From NCBI GenBank assembly GCA_025359635.1, contig JANYFV010000196.1:1-47865 (forward strand): a stretch of DNA of 47,865 bases, written 5' to 3'. Within the stretch, counting starts at the first letter, position 1. Every line of letters begins with the position of its first letter. The notes under the pieces were generated by a model, which searched no databases, was not told the origin of the DNA, and saw nothing but the letters and a program-made list of their open reading frames with translations. Made by a program: the position numbers and the translations under genes. Shown here in pieces: positions 16,997-25,660 of the stretch. This DNA is from Undibacterium sp. (GTDB taxonomy: Bacteria; Pseudomonadota; Gammaproteobacteria; Burkholderiales; Burkholderiaceae_D).

Positions 16997-18202
16997 TCAG
17001 GCAATCTCGCGCGTCAGGGTGATTGCAAACTTGCGCTTCTCAGCCTCGCGGAAATACGAAGTCACATCAAAATACGCCTCGGGCGCATACACGCCTGGAC
17101 GGCGCGTCTCGCTGAGAATCAACTGAACCGCGATCGAGGCGTTCATGGAAGTGGCCGCATCTACATAGCCGTCATACATCGCATCGGGATGAACGATCAC
17201 TTCGCAGCGCGCCGTGGCCGGCTTGCCGCCAACCCGGCCGCGACCGATCGCGAAGTGGATCTCATGACCTTGCTGTTCCGGGATCTTGTCCTGGTTCTCG
17301 GCGATGTTACGGTTAATCACTGCATTGAGCACATCCAGCGGACGCACGGCCTGACCGTTAACTTCCACAGTCCGGTCAAAATCACCGAAGCCAGCTTTGG
17401 CCAGTCCTATCCACGCCTCGTGCTCGCGATGCGGCAGGTGCAGTTTCCAAGTGAATTCCTTGATGCCTTTCTGGCGGATGCCATCGGCCAAGGGTACGGT
17501 CAGCTGCTCGGAATGGATCGAGTACATGAACTCGCTGCGCCCCCAGGGCTGCGGCAAGTCTATCGTCTCGATGCCGGTCAGCGGTTGACATTCGACATGC
17601 TTTCCATCGAGGAACTGGATGCAAGGATGGGCATATTCAGCCAATACGCTAGAGACGCTATACGGCGGCACCAGAACAGGATTTTCCGGGCCGGTAAGCG
17701 TCGCCGCCCAGTACAGGTTAATGCTATCGATCTCGTCGAGCTGGTCAGCCACCGCGCGGCAGATCACGTTTGACATGCCTGGATCAGCCCCCACGCCGAG
17801 CACCGCCACCACACCGGCCGCGCGGAAACGCTCCTGCCATTCGAGTTGCTTGACCGTGTAGGTGCCAAGCCCGCCCAGATCGACATAATCGACACCCGCA
17901 GCCAGCGCAGCGGCGAAGATCTCCATCTGGAACCCGAGCAGTGTCGGAACGGCATTGATGCAAATATCCGCTCCAGCGAGCGAGTGCGCCAACGCGGCCG
18001 GATTAGCCACATCAAGATCATGCAAGGTAAGGCGGGAATCATCGAGCTGCTCGCGTAGCGCGGCCATCCTTTCACGATGAGTATCGAACAAGCGCACTTC
18101 GGCGATGTCGATGATTGTACGGTCCGATAACAGATCGCGGATGATGCCCTGCCCCATCATGCCCGCGCCGCCGAGGATAGCGATGATTGCCTTTTGTTTC
18201 AT
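16997..18202 (-). CDS. Saccharopine dehydrogenase-like NAD(P)-dependent oxidoreductase
   Basis: Rossmann motif ILGGAGMMG; INAVP, YVDLGG, GVGADPGMSNV, GVYAPE. Start placed at ATG 18202, 9 nt after GAAAGGA; the ORF-track start is 18211. Confidence 0.85.
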   Translation of the reverse strand: MKQKAIIAILGGAGMMGQGIIRDLLSDRTIIDIAEVRLFDTHRERMAALREQLDDSRLTLHDLDVANPAALAHSLAGADICINAVPTLLGFQMEIFAAALAAGVDYVDLGGLGTYTVKQLEWQERFRAAGVVAVLGVGADPGMSNVICRAVADQLDEIDSINLYWAATLTGPENPVLVPPYSVSSVLAEYAHPCIQFLDGKHVECQPLTGIETIDLPQPWGRSEFMYSIHSEQLTVPLADGIRQKGIKEFTWKLHLPHREHEAWIGLAKAGFGDFDRTVEVNGQAVRPLDVLNAVINRNIAENQDKIPEQQGHEIHFAIGRGRVGGKPATARCEVIVHPDAMYDGYVDAATSMNASIAVQLILSETRRPGVYAPEAYFDVTSYFREAEKRKFAITLTREIA

Positions 18203-18340
18203 TGATACCATTCCTTTCGTTTAATGATTGCCACATCGGCCAGACTGATCGATGCAGCGAGATAACACTGCCATTCCGGGTGAGAGCAAGCGGAAAAATA
18301 CAAACTCACACCTACTCAGCACATCCATTTAAAAACATTA

Positions 18341-18362
18341 AAACCGACTAATAATTCGGTTT
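18341..18362. promoter_or_regulatory. Palindromic operator AAACCGA-N8-TCGGTTT upstream of the first island unit
   Basis: AAACCGACTAATAATTCGGTTT; 17 of 20 positions identical to the site at 15251-15270. Confidence 0.72.
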
Positions 18363-18580
18363 ATGAAATATATTACCTGAACTTTAAATAAAATTCAGAA
18401 ATTTTATGAATTTATGCGAATGTTTATTCGTTTTTTGTTCGGAGACACAAAAGCACCCCTCATGTTTCGCTGCCCGCAGAAGCACAGCATGAGCGACGTA
18501 AGCAAGCGGTCAGGATGTCTGAAAAAGGCATTGCAATGGCTGAGATTGCTCGGACGCTGTCGATTATTGATGACATGTTT

Positions 18581-18632
18581 AACCGAGATTTTCCGATAGG
18601 CGCACCTGCGGTGCTATTTGCAAATCTCGGTT
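18581..18632. repeat. REP/MITE-like 52-bp hairpin
   Basis: AACCGAGATTT (18581-18591) and AAATCTCGGTT (18622-18632) form a perfect 11-bp inverted repeat; inner stem GCACC-TGC-GGTGC. Confidence 0.7.
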
Positions 18633-18700
18633 TAACGCTGACAGGCTCATCGATTTTTTAAAAGCACAGGTCCATGTTTCAAGCAAAAAGCTGGTTTTAA

Positions 18701-18971
18701 TTTGGCATGATTTGCAGTATGAGCCACAAAGGAAACTGCTGAGATACGCGGCAATTGAGCGGTTCTTCTTAAATTTAAAGATGGAGCGCGTCTGGCAACG
18801 TGATTACGCGAACCAGATGGAAGCGACAAAAGATATCACTGAGTACATCGTCGGCTTTTATAACTGCTTACGATTGCATTCAACGTTGGACAATTTACCA
18901 CCCATGATTTACGAAAAAGAAATGGCAGCAAAAAAACCTATTGATGTGTCCGAAATAACTTGACCACTACA
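18701..18971 (+). mobile_element. IS3-family remnant: 3' end of a decayed transposase plus the right inverted repeat
   Basis: Reads GMICSMSHKGNC*D, then a frame change to AAIERFFLNLKMERV...FYNCLRLHSTL (IS3 motif SMSRKGNCWDNA..E.FF..LK.E). End GTGTCCGAAATAACTTGACCACTACA finishes in CA at 18971. Confidence 0.88.
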
Positions 18972-19117
18972 TTACTTCCTTGGATTTTGCAACAGCAGAA
19001 TTTTAACTTTGAACTTACTGCTTGAATAGGTTGGGGGTTTGTGAAGCGCTTACAATTCATCGCGTTCGCGACAATCCTGCACCAGCACTACATGAAGTTA
19101 AAGTGAATCCTGAAACG

Positions 19118-19152
19118 AAAAATGAGTCACAAGAATAAACTTGCAACTCATT
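19118..19152 (-). terminator. Putative intrinsic terminator after tRNA-Arg
   Basis: Minus strand AATGAGTTGCAAG-TTTATT-CTTGTGACTCATT running into a T tract. Confidence 0.6.
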
Positions 19153-19169
19153 GATTTGACTATTTAATT

Positions 19170-19246
<77 letters not shown>

Positions 19247-19337
19247 ATTTATTTCATTAATCGTTTTTCGCAACGATAAAACTTCAGTTTTGAAAACTCA
19301 AAACGACAAATTTTCATCGCAAAAATCAGAAGGCTGA

Positions 19338-19366
19338 ATAGTACATGGTATCGCTCGCTTATTCAA
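19338..19366 (-). promoter_or_regulatory. Putative sigma70 promoter of tRNA-Arg
   Basis: Minus strand TTGAAT-N17-TACTAT. Confidence 0.6.
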
Positions 19367-19392
19367 GAATGAATGCACTTGCAATACCGAAT

Positions 19393-20742
19393 TCAAGCGG
19401 CTTTTGGTGCAATGCAATCTGCAAGACGCCTTGCCAGCGTATTGGCGACGACTGGATCAAATGCCTCGACCATGACTCGAATCAAGGGCTCAGTCCCGGA
19501 AGCTCGGATCAACACTCGGCCCTTGTTACCAAGTTCAGCTTCGACCTTACTTTTTTCTGAATTAAGCAATGCGTTTTTTTGCCATTCAAAGCCCGGAGAA
19601 ACTTTAATATTAATCAATACCTGTGGAAACAATTCTAAATTTTCAAAACATTGATCCAGGCTTTTGCCATTGCGACGCAAAGCAGAAAGTACTTGAAGTG
19701 CGGATACGATGCCATCTCCTGTGGTGTGTTTATCCAAGCACAATAAATGCCCAGATCCTTCACCACCCAGTAGCCAGCCTCGCTCACGCATTTGCTCTAA
19801 TACATAGCGATCTCCAACCTTAGCTCTGGCAAAATCAACACCCAGTTCTTTTAACGCCAACTCTACCGCCATATTTGTCATCAGCGTTCCAACTACACCT
19901 GGCACTGGGCCAATGGCAAGTCTATCCATCACCATCAAATACAGCAACTGATCACCATCGTAGATCTTGCCGTTTTTATCGACCATCATTAAGCGGTCTG
20001 CATCACCATCCAGAGCAATACCCAGATCGGCATGATTTGCTCTTACCGCCAATGCCAAGGCATCAGGAGCGGTTGCACCGACCTTGTCATTGATATTAAA
20101 GCCGTTAGGATGATTACCGATAGGAATGACTTCTGCACCTAATTCGTGAAATACATGTGGTGCAATGTCGTAGGCTGCACCATTGGCACAATCGACGACT
20201 ATTTTTAACCCGCGCAAATCCAATTCGTTTGGAAAGGTGCTTTTGCAAAACTCAATGTAGCGTCCATTGGCATCACGTAGACGATGTGCTTTACCCAATT
20301 TATCTGAGCTGACGCAATCCATCACTAACTCAAGTTGCGCCTCAATGGCCAATTCAACTTCATCAGGAAGCTTCGTCCCCTGGGCAGAAAAAAACTTAAT
20401 CCCATTGTCTTCATACGGATTATGCGAAGCTGAAATCACCACGCCTGCCGACAGACGCAAAGCACGTGTGAGATACGCCACGGCTGGTGTTGGCATTGGG
20501 CCTGACAGCATGACATCGACGCCCGCTGCAGCAAAACCGGCCTCTAGTGCAGCTTCCAACATATAACCTGAAACCCTGGTGTCTTTACCGATGAGCACTG
20601 TTGGCTTATTGCTGGTGTTGGCATCGACTTTGGCTAACACTTTGCCCGCGGCATAACCCAAACGCATGACGAAATCTGGAGTGATGGGACTAACGCCTAC
20701 CTTGCCTCGAATACCATCTGTACCGAAATATTTTCTTGTCAT
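19393..20742 (-). CDS. glmM: Phosphoglucosamine mutase
   Basis: Motifs [37 protein letters not shown]; ftsH-folP-glmM synteny. Confidence 0.97.
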   Translation of the reverse strand: MTRKYFGTDGIRGKVGVSPITPDFVMRLGYAAGKVLAKVDANTSNKPTVLIGKDTRVSGYMLEAALEAGFAAAGVDVMLSGPMPTPAVAYLTRALRLSAGVVISASHNPYEDNGIKFFSAQGTKLPDEVELAIEAQLELVMDCVSSDKLGKAHRLRDANGRYIEFCKSTFPNELDLRGLKIVVDCANGAAYDIAPHVFHELGAEVIPIGNHPNGFNINDKVGATAPDALALAVRANHADLGIALDGDADRLMMVDKNGKIYDGDQLLYLMVMDRLAIGPVPGVVGTLMTNMAVELALKELGVDFARAKVGDRYVLEQMRERGWLLGGEGSGHLLCLDKHTTGDGIVSALQVLSALRRNGKSLDQCFENLELFPQVLINIKVSPGFEWQKNALLNSEKSKVEAELGNKGRVLIRASGTEPLIRVMVEAFDPVVANTLARRLADCIAPKAA

Positions 20743-20759
20743 TTTTTATCCTATCTCCA

Positions 20760-21599
20760 TTAACTCAATGTTTGCCATACTTTGATGGCATCTACTGTTT
20801 CTGCTACATCATGAACCCGTACTATTTTTGCACCTTGCGCTAAAGCTGCAAGTGCGCCAGCCAAACTACCTGCCAGGCGACGCTCGATTGGTTTACCGGT
20901 TATTTCACCTATCATCGATTTTCGCGACACACCTGCCAACAAAGGCAAACCCAATTCTGACTGGTATTCAGAAATATTCTTAAACAGTGAAACATTATGC
21001 GTCAGCGTTTTACCAAATCCAAAGCCTGGATCAATACAAATTCTATTTTTACTTATTCCAGCTTGCCCACATTCATTAACTCGATGACGCAAAAAATCCA
21101 GCACTTCCTCATTGACATTGTCGTAGTGCGGCCTTTTTTGCATATCGGTTGGCGTACTCTGCATATGCATAATACATAGGCCAACGTTGCCATCCGCGAC
21201 TGCATCGATTGACTCAGCAGATCGAAAACCTTGAACGTCGTTGATCATATCAACACCGGCCAAAATAGCTTCGCGCATCACTGCTGGTTTATAGGTATCT
21301 ATCGACAGCGGTTTTCCGCAGTCACGCAAAGCATAGATCACAGGCATCAGACGTCTTAATTCTTCATCTAAAGAAAGTGCCTGGGCTCCTGGCCTGCTTG
21401 ATTCAGCGCCAATATCGATGATATCAACGCCGTCTTGCATCATTTGTTCAGCGTGAGAGATCGCGCCATCCAGCGAGTTGAATTGTCCGCCATCAGAAAA
21501 AGAATCTGGCGTGACGTTGAGTATCCCCATGACCAACGGTTTGCTTTTTTCTCCAACTAAAGGAAAACGAAATCGACCACACTCAAAAAAATTATTCAT
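20760..21599 (-). CDS. folP: Dihydropteroate synthase
   Basis: Motifs MGILNVTPDSFSDGG, SIDT, DPGFGFGK, SRKS, RVHDV. Confidence 0.97.
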   Translation of the reverse strand: MNNFFECGRFRFPLVGEKSKPLVMGILNVTPDSFSDGGQFNSLDGAISHAEQMMQDGVDIIDIGAESSRPGAQALSLDEELRRLMPVIYALRDCGKPLSIDTYKPAVMREAILAGVDMINDVQGFRSAESIDAVADGNVGLCIMHMQSTPTDMQKRPHYDNVNEEVLDFLRHRVNECGQAGISKNRICIDPGFGFGKTLTHNVSLFKNISEYQSELGLPLLAGVSRKSMIGEITGKPIERRLAGSLAGALAALAQGAKIVRVHDVAETVDAIKVWQTLS

Positions 21600-21633
21600 A
21601 AATAAAATAAGGGCGAGGATCGCTCCTCACCCT
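21600..21633 (-). terminator. Intrinsic terminator between ftsH and folP
   Basis: Minus strand AGGGTGAGGA-GCGA-TCCTCGCCCT followed by TATTTTATTT. Confidence 0.7.
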
Positions 21634-21689
21634 CTTTAATTGTTCAAAATCAGATCAAAAATAGATCAAAATTCAGTGTTCCAACCCTA

Positions 21690-23579
21690 TCACGCTGGTG
21701 CAGTCGCACTTGGTGATACACCACCTGGTGGAGTATCGGAAGCAGACTTGCGCGGTGTGTGTCCTTGTTTCGGTGGGCTAGGTTCAAGGCCATTCATAAT
21801 GTCATTAATCTGATCTGCATCGATGGTTTCCCACTCCAGTAAAGCCTTGGTCATTGCCTCGACTTTGTCACGATTTTGCTCGAGTAACTGCCTCGATATC
21901 GCATACTGAGCATCCAAAATAAATCGGATTTCCGCGTCGACTTTTTGCTGAGTCGCTTCAGAAATTGTCTTGGATGAGGCACCGAAATAACCCTCTTGTT
22001 GGCTGTCTTCGTAAACCATAACACCGAGACTATCCGACATACCAAAGCGTGTCACCATTGCACGCGCCAGTTTTGTCGCACGTGAAAAGTCATTTGATGC
22101 ACCAGTCGACATCTGTCCGACAAATAACTCTTCCGCAATACGGCCACCAAACAGGATCGCGATCTCTTCCAACATTTTGTCTTTATAGCCGCTGATTTGA
22201 TCATGCTCTGGCAACTGCCATGTCAGGCCGAGTGCATTACCACGCGGCATAATTGTGACCTTATGAACAGGATCAGCTTTTGGCAATAATTTTGCTACAA
22301 CTGCATGACCAGACTCATGATAAGCGGTGTTACGACGCTCATCTTCACGCATGACCATCGATTTACGCTCTGGCCCCATGTAAATCTTATCTTTGGCATC
22401 TTCAAAATCTTGCATCTCAACTAGACGTTTATTACGGCGTGCAGCGAACAAGGCAGATTCGTTGACCAGATTTGCCAGATCAGCACCTGAGAAGCCCGGT
22501 GTACCACGCGCAATAATATCTGCACGTACATCCGGTGCGATAGGCACTTTACGCATATGCACATTCAAGATCTGCTCGCGACCACGAATATCCGGCAAGC
22601 TCACAGTAACTTGTCGATCGAAGCGACCTGGGCGCAATAAGGCTTTATCCAAGACGTCGGCACGATTGGTTGCTGCAACCACAATCACGCCTGAATTTGG
22701 TTCAAAGCCGTCCATCTCAACCAGCATTTGATTCAGGGTTTGTTCGCGCTCATCGTTACCACCGCCCATGCCGGCACCACGATGACGACCAACCGCATCA
22801 ATCTCATCAATAAAGATGATACAAGGTGAATGTTTTTTAGCATTCTCGAACATGTCGCGTACGCGAGATGCGCCGACACCAACAAACATCTCAACGAAAT
22901 CAGAGCCGGAGATAGTAAAAAATGGCACCTTAGCTTCACCAGCAATTGCGCGCGCCAACAGTGTTTTACCGGTACCAGGGGGCCCAACCATCAGTACGCC
23001 ACGTGGGATACGGCCGCCAAGTTTTTGAAACTTAGTTGGGTCACGCAAGAAATCAACTATTTCACTGACTTCTTCTTTGGCCTCATCGCATCCGGCTACG
23101 TCAGCAAACGTTACATTGTTGTTGGTATCGTCAAGCATGCGTGCTTTCGATTTACCGAAAGAAAAAGCTCCGCCTTTGCCGCCGCCCTGCATTTGCCGCA
23201 TGAAGAATATCCAAACGCCAATCAACAGCAACATTGGAAACCAGGAGATAAAAACTTGAGAAAGGAAGGATTGTTCTTCTGGCGGCTTATTGTCAAATTT
23301 AATACCATTATTGACCAAGTCACCGACCAAACCGCGATCAAAAATAGTCAATTGCGATCTGACTTTTTTACCATCTAGCGTAGTGGCGACGACCGTGCGA
23401 TTGACGTCATCAATGGTCGCGTCTTTAATATGCTTGGCTCTGACTTCGTCCAGAAACTCCGAGTAAGGCATAATGGTCGCACCAGACCCGAGTCCTTTGC
23501 CATCGAATTGTTTAAATACCATAAAAAGCACCAGGGCAATAACCACCCAAATGGCTGCTTTAGAAAACATATTGTTCAC
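21690..23579 (-). CDS. ftsH: ATP-dependent zinc metalloprotease FtsH
   Basis: Two TM segments; Walker A GPPGTGKT; Walker B IIFIDE; [12 protein letters not shown]; HESGH zinc motif; GTG start after AGGAG. Confidence 0.98.
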   Translation of the reverse strand: MNNMFSKAAIWVVIALVLFMVFKQFDGKGLGSGATIMPYSEFLDEVRAKHIKDATIDDVNRTVVATTLDGKKVRSQLTIFDRGLVGDLVNNGIKFDNKPPEEQSFLSQVFISWFPMLLLIGVWIFFMRQMQGGGKGGAFSFGKSKARMLDDTNNNVTFADVAGCDEAKEEVSEIVDFLRDPTKFQKLGGRIPRGVLMVGPPGTGKTLLARAIAGEAKVPFFTISGSDFVEMFVGVGASRVRDMFENAKKHSPCIIFIDEIDAVGRHRGAGMGGGNDEREQTLNQMLVEMDGFEPNSGVIVVAATNRADVLDKALLRPGRFDRQVTVSLPDIRGREQILNVHMRKVPIAPDVRADIIARGTPGFSGADLANLVNESALFAARRNKRLVEMQDFEDAKDKIYMGPERKSMVMREDERRNTAYHESGHAVVAKLLPKADPVHKVTIMPRGNALGLTWQLPEHDQISGYKDKMLEEIAILFGGRIAEELFVGQMSTGASNDFSRATKLARAMVTRFGMSDSLGVMVYEDSQQEGYFGASSKTISEATQQKVDAEIRFILDAQYAISRQLLEQNRDKVEAMTKALLEWETIDADQINDIMNGLEPSPPKQGHTPRKSASDTPPGGVSPSATAPA

Positions 23580-23716
23580 GAGGACTCCTTGGACGTACGT
23601 TAGTCGTACGAAATGCCATGCTAATGTAAGTGTTCATTCTACCCGTATTGGATAGAGCTTGCTAGAGAGGATATATTGACGACATTGATGAATATCAAGA
23701 GCAAATTGACTTATAT

Positions 23717-24355
23717 TTAATTCTTTAAACCTTTTCCTAGTAAAAAAATCTCGGATGATTTGTCTTTACTCGCTTTAGGCTTCTTATTTGTGACTGTTTT
23801 GAACTCAGATTTAAATAGATCAAAGATAGTATTGTAAGCTGGCCCATGAAAGCATTTTACCAACAAGGCGCCATTTGGTTTCAAGTGGGCTTTTGCAAAT
23901 GTCACTGCCAATTCGATAATGTATTCAATTCTCGCTGCATCAACCGTCGGAATACCGGAAAGATTGGGCGCCATATCAGACAAAACTAGGTCAACCTTAC
24001 GACCCCGCAGCTTGGACTCTAGTTGCTCAAGCACTTCTTGCTCCTGGAAATCGCCTTGAATGAACTGCACATCCGCAATCGGCTCCATCATCAACAAATC
24101 CAGTGCGAAAATCTCTCCGAGTATCCCTCCGCCCTCTTTACCAGCGAGTTTGTTTCTGACATATTGTGACCAACTACCTGGTGTTGCTCCAAGATCGACG
24201 ATAATTTGCCCGGATTTGATTAATTTTTCAGCTTCATCTATCTCTTTTAGTTTATAAACAGCCCTGGCACGATAGCCTTCTTTTTGCGCCAATTTCACAT
24301 ATGGATCATTTATGTGATCATGGACCCAATTTTGATTGAATTTATTCTTTGCCAT
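23717..24355 (-). CDS. rlmE: 23S rRNA Um2552 methyltransferase
   Basis: Motifs [42 protein letters not shown]; directly upstream of ftsH. Confidence 0.96.
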   Translation of the reverse strand: MAKNKFNQNWVHDHINDPYVKLAQKEGYRARAVYKLKEIDEAEKLIKSGQIIVDLGATPGSWSQYVRNKLAGKEGGGILGEIFALDLLMMEPIADVQFIQGDFQEQEVLEQLESKLRGRKVDLVLSDMAPNLSGIPTVDAARIEYIIELAVTFAKAHLKPNGALLVKCFHGPAYNTIFDLFKSEFKTVTNKKPKASKDKSSEIFLLGKGLKN

Positions 24356-24387
24356 TAGCGTAAAATACTGCCTTTAAAGGAATTTAT

Positions 24388-24864
24388 ATGTTAAAACTCA
24401 CGCCCGCCGAACGTAGCGAATTGCGCGCCGAAGCGCACCCGCTCAAACCTATTGTACTTATTGGTGAAGCTGGGTTGTCACCAGCAGTCCTCAAAGAGAT
24501 TGACGCTGGCCTAAACTCACACGGTTTAATTAAAGTACGCGTCTTTGGTGATGATAGGGACGCTCGCGTTGCCATGTACGATACCATTTGTAGCTCGCTA
24601 GAAGCTGCGCCGATTCAACATATAGGCAAACTATTTGTTATTTACCGCCCAAAACTGGATGGTGTGAAAGAAACCAGACTAGTTAAACGCGGTAAAGGCA
24701 TGCGTGAAGTGACTATTGTCAAACCTAGTGCTAGCGGCACCAAAAAACCGTCGGTATCAAAAGTCATGGTAAAAGGCAATGAACGTGTTACTCAGGGCGG
24801 CAATATCAAACGCTCAAAACCACGTCAAAGCAGCGCAAAAAAGTCAGCATTAGGTAATTCCTAG
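24388..24864 (+). CDS. yhbY: CRM-domain ribosome assembly protein YhbY with a basic C-terminal extension
   Basis: LRAEAHPLKPIVLIG...HGLIKVRV...IGKLFVIYR; divergent from rlmE. Confidence 0.92.
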   Translation: MLKLTPAERSELRAEAHPLKPIVLIGEAGLSPAVLKEIDAGLNSHGLIKVRVFGDDRDARVAMYDTICSSLEAAPIQHIGKLFVIYRPKLDGVKETRLVKRGKGMREVTIVKPSASGTKKPSVSKVMVKGNERVTQGGNIKRSKPRQSSAKKSALGNS

Positions 24865-24895
24865 TCGATCTTATGACATCACGGATGCTTGACTG

Positions 24896-24928
24896 GGGGT
24901 GCATTTTTTGTGCACCCCGATTATTTTT
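24896..24928 (+). terminator. Hairpin terminator between convergent yhbY and greA
   Basis: GGGGTGCA-TTTTTTG-TGCACCCC followed by GATTATTTTT. Confidence 0.65.
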
Positions 24929-25403
24929 AGATATATTGCACGTTTAGCACTTCATATTCACGCACGCCAGCTGGTGCCTTTACACCAACCACGTCACCGG
25001 CATACTTGCCAATCAATGCGCGTGCGATAGGCGAAGTAATCGATACTTTACTCTCCTTGATATCAGCTTCGTCTTCACCGACAATTTGGTAGGTCACTTT
25101 CTGACCTGTTTCAAGATCTTCCAGGTGCACGGTGGAGGCAAACACCACTCTTCCTTCAGCATCGAGTGTGGTTGGATCAATGATTTGTGCCGCGCTTAGC
25201 TTGCCATCAATATCGGCAATGCGCCCTTCGATAAAACTCTGACGCTCTTTCGCAGCATCATAATCAGCATTCTCAGACAAATCTCCGTGAGCTCTTGCTT
25301 CTGCAATAGCGCTGATCACTGCTGGACGCTCTTTTGATTTAAGTTTGTGCAATTCTTGCTTGAGCAATTCTGCGCCAAACTTGGTTAGAGGTACTGTACT
25401 CAT
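24927..25403 (-). CDS. greA: Transcription elongation factor GreA
   Basis: Motifs [33 protein letters not shown]. Start placed at ATG 25403 (MSTVPLT, 158 aa) rather than the ORF-track start at 25484. Confidence 0.96.
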   Translation of the reverse strand: MSTVPLTKFGAELLKQELHKLKSKERPAVISAIAEARAHGDLSENADYDAAKERQSFIEGRIADIDGKLSAAQIIDPTTLDAEGRVVFASTVHLEDLETGQKVTYQIVGEDEADIKESKVSITSPIARALIGKYAGDVVGVKAPAGVREYEVLNVQYI

Positions 25404-25567
25404 ATCTTTAACTTTAAAATGAAAGGGGCTAACCCCAATATAAAAAATGCAAATAGAAATTGCTGGTGGCGATAGCATCACCAAAACACATAATTCCCAA
25501 ACTTACTCTTACGGCATTATCAGCATCGCAATTTCCATACTAATCTTGGCACTACTCTAAAGCCGAT

Positions 25568-25621
25568 AAAAAAGACAGAAGCCACATGAACACCAGCAAA
25601 GCTGTTGTTACCTGCGGCTTC
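25568..25621 (-). terminator. Terminator/attenuator hairpin between carB and greA
   Basis: Minus strand GAAGCCGCA...TGTGGCTTC stem with an inner CAGC-TTT-GCTG stem, followed by TGTCTTTTTT. Confidence 0.65.
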
Positions 25622-25660
25622 GTTCTAAAAACCAACGCTTAAAAACTTACTCTTGAAAAC

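Noticed and set aside
18414-18599. 61-aa plus-strand ORF near the island edge
   Set aside because: No motif or clear RBS, and it runs into the hairpin repeat.
18972-19117. Possible integrase remnant next to tRNA-Arg
   Set aside because: No ORF or tyrosine-recombinase motif could be read.
21652-21672. Direct repeat AGATCAAAA twice after ftsH
   Set aside because: Short, AT-rich and only two copies; plausible by chance.
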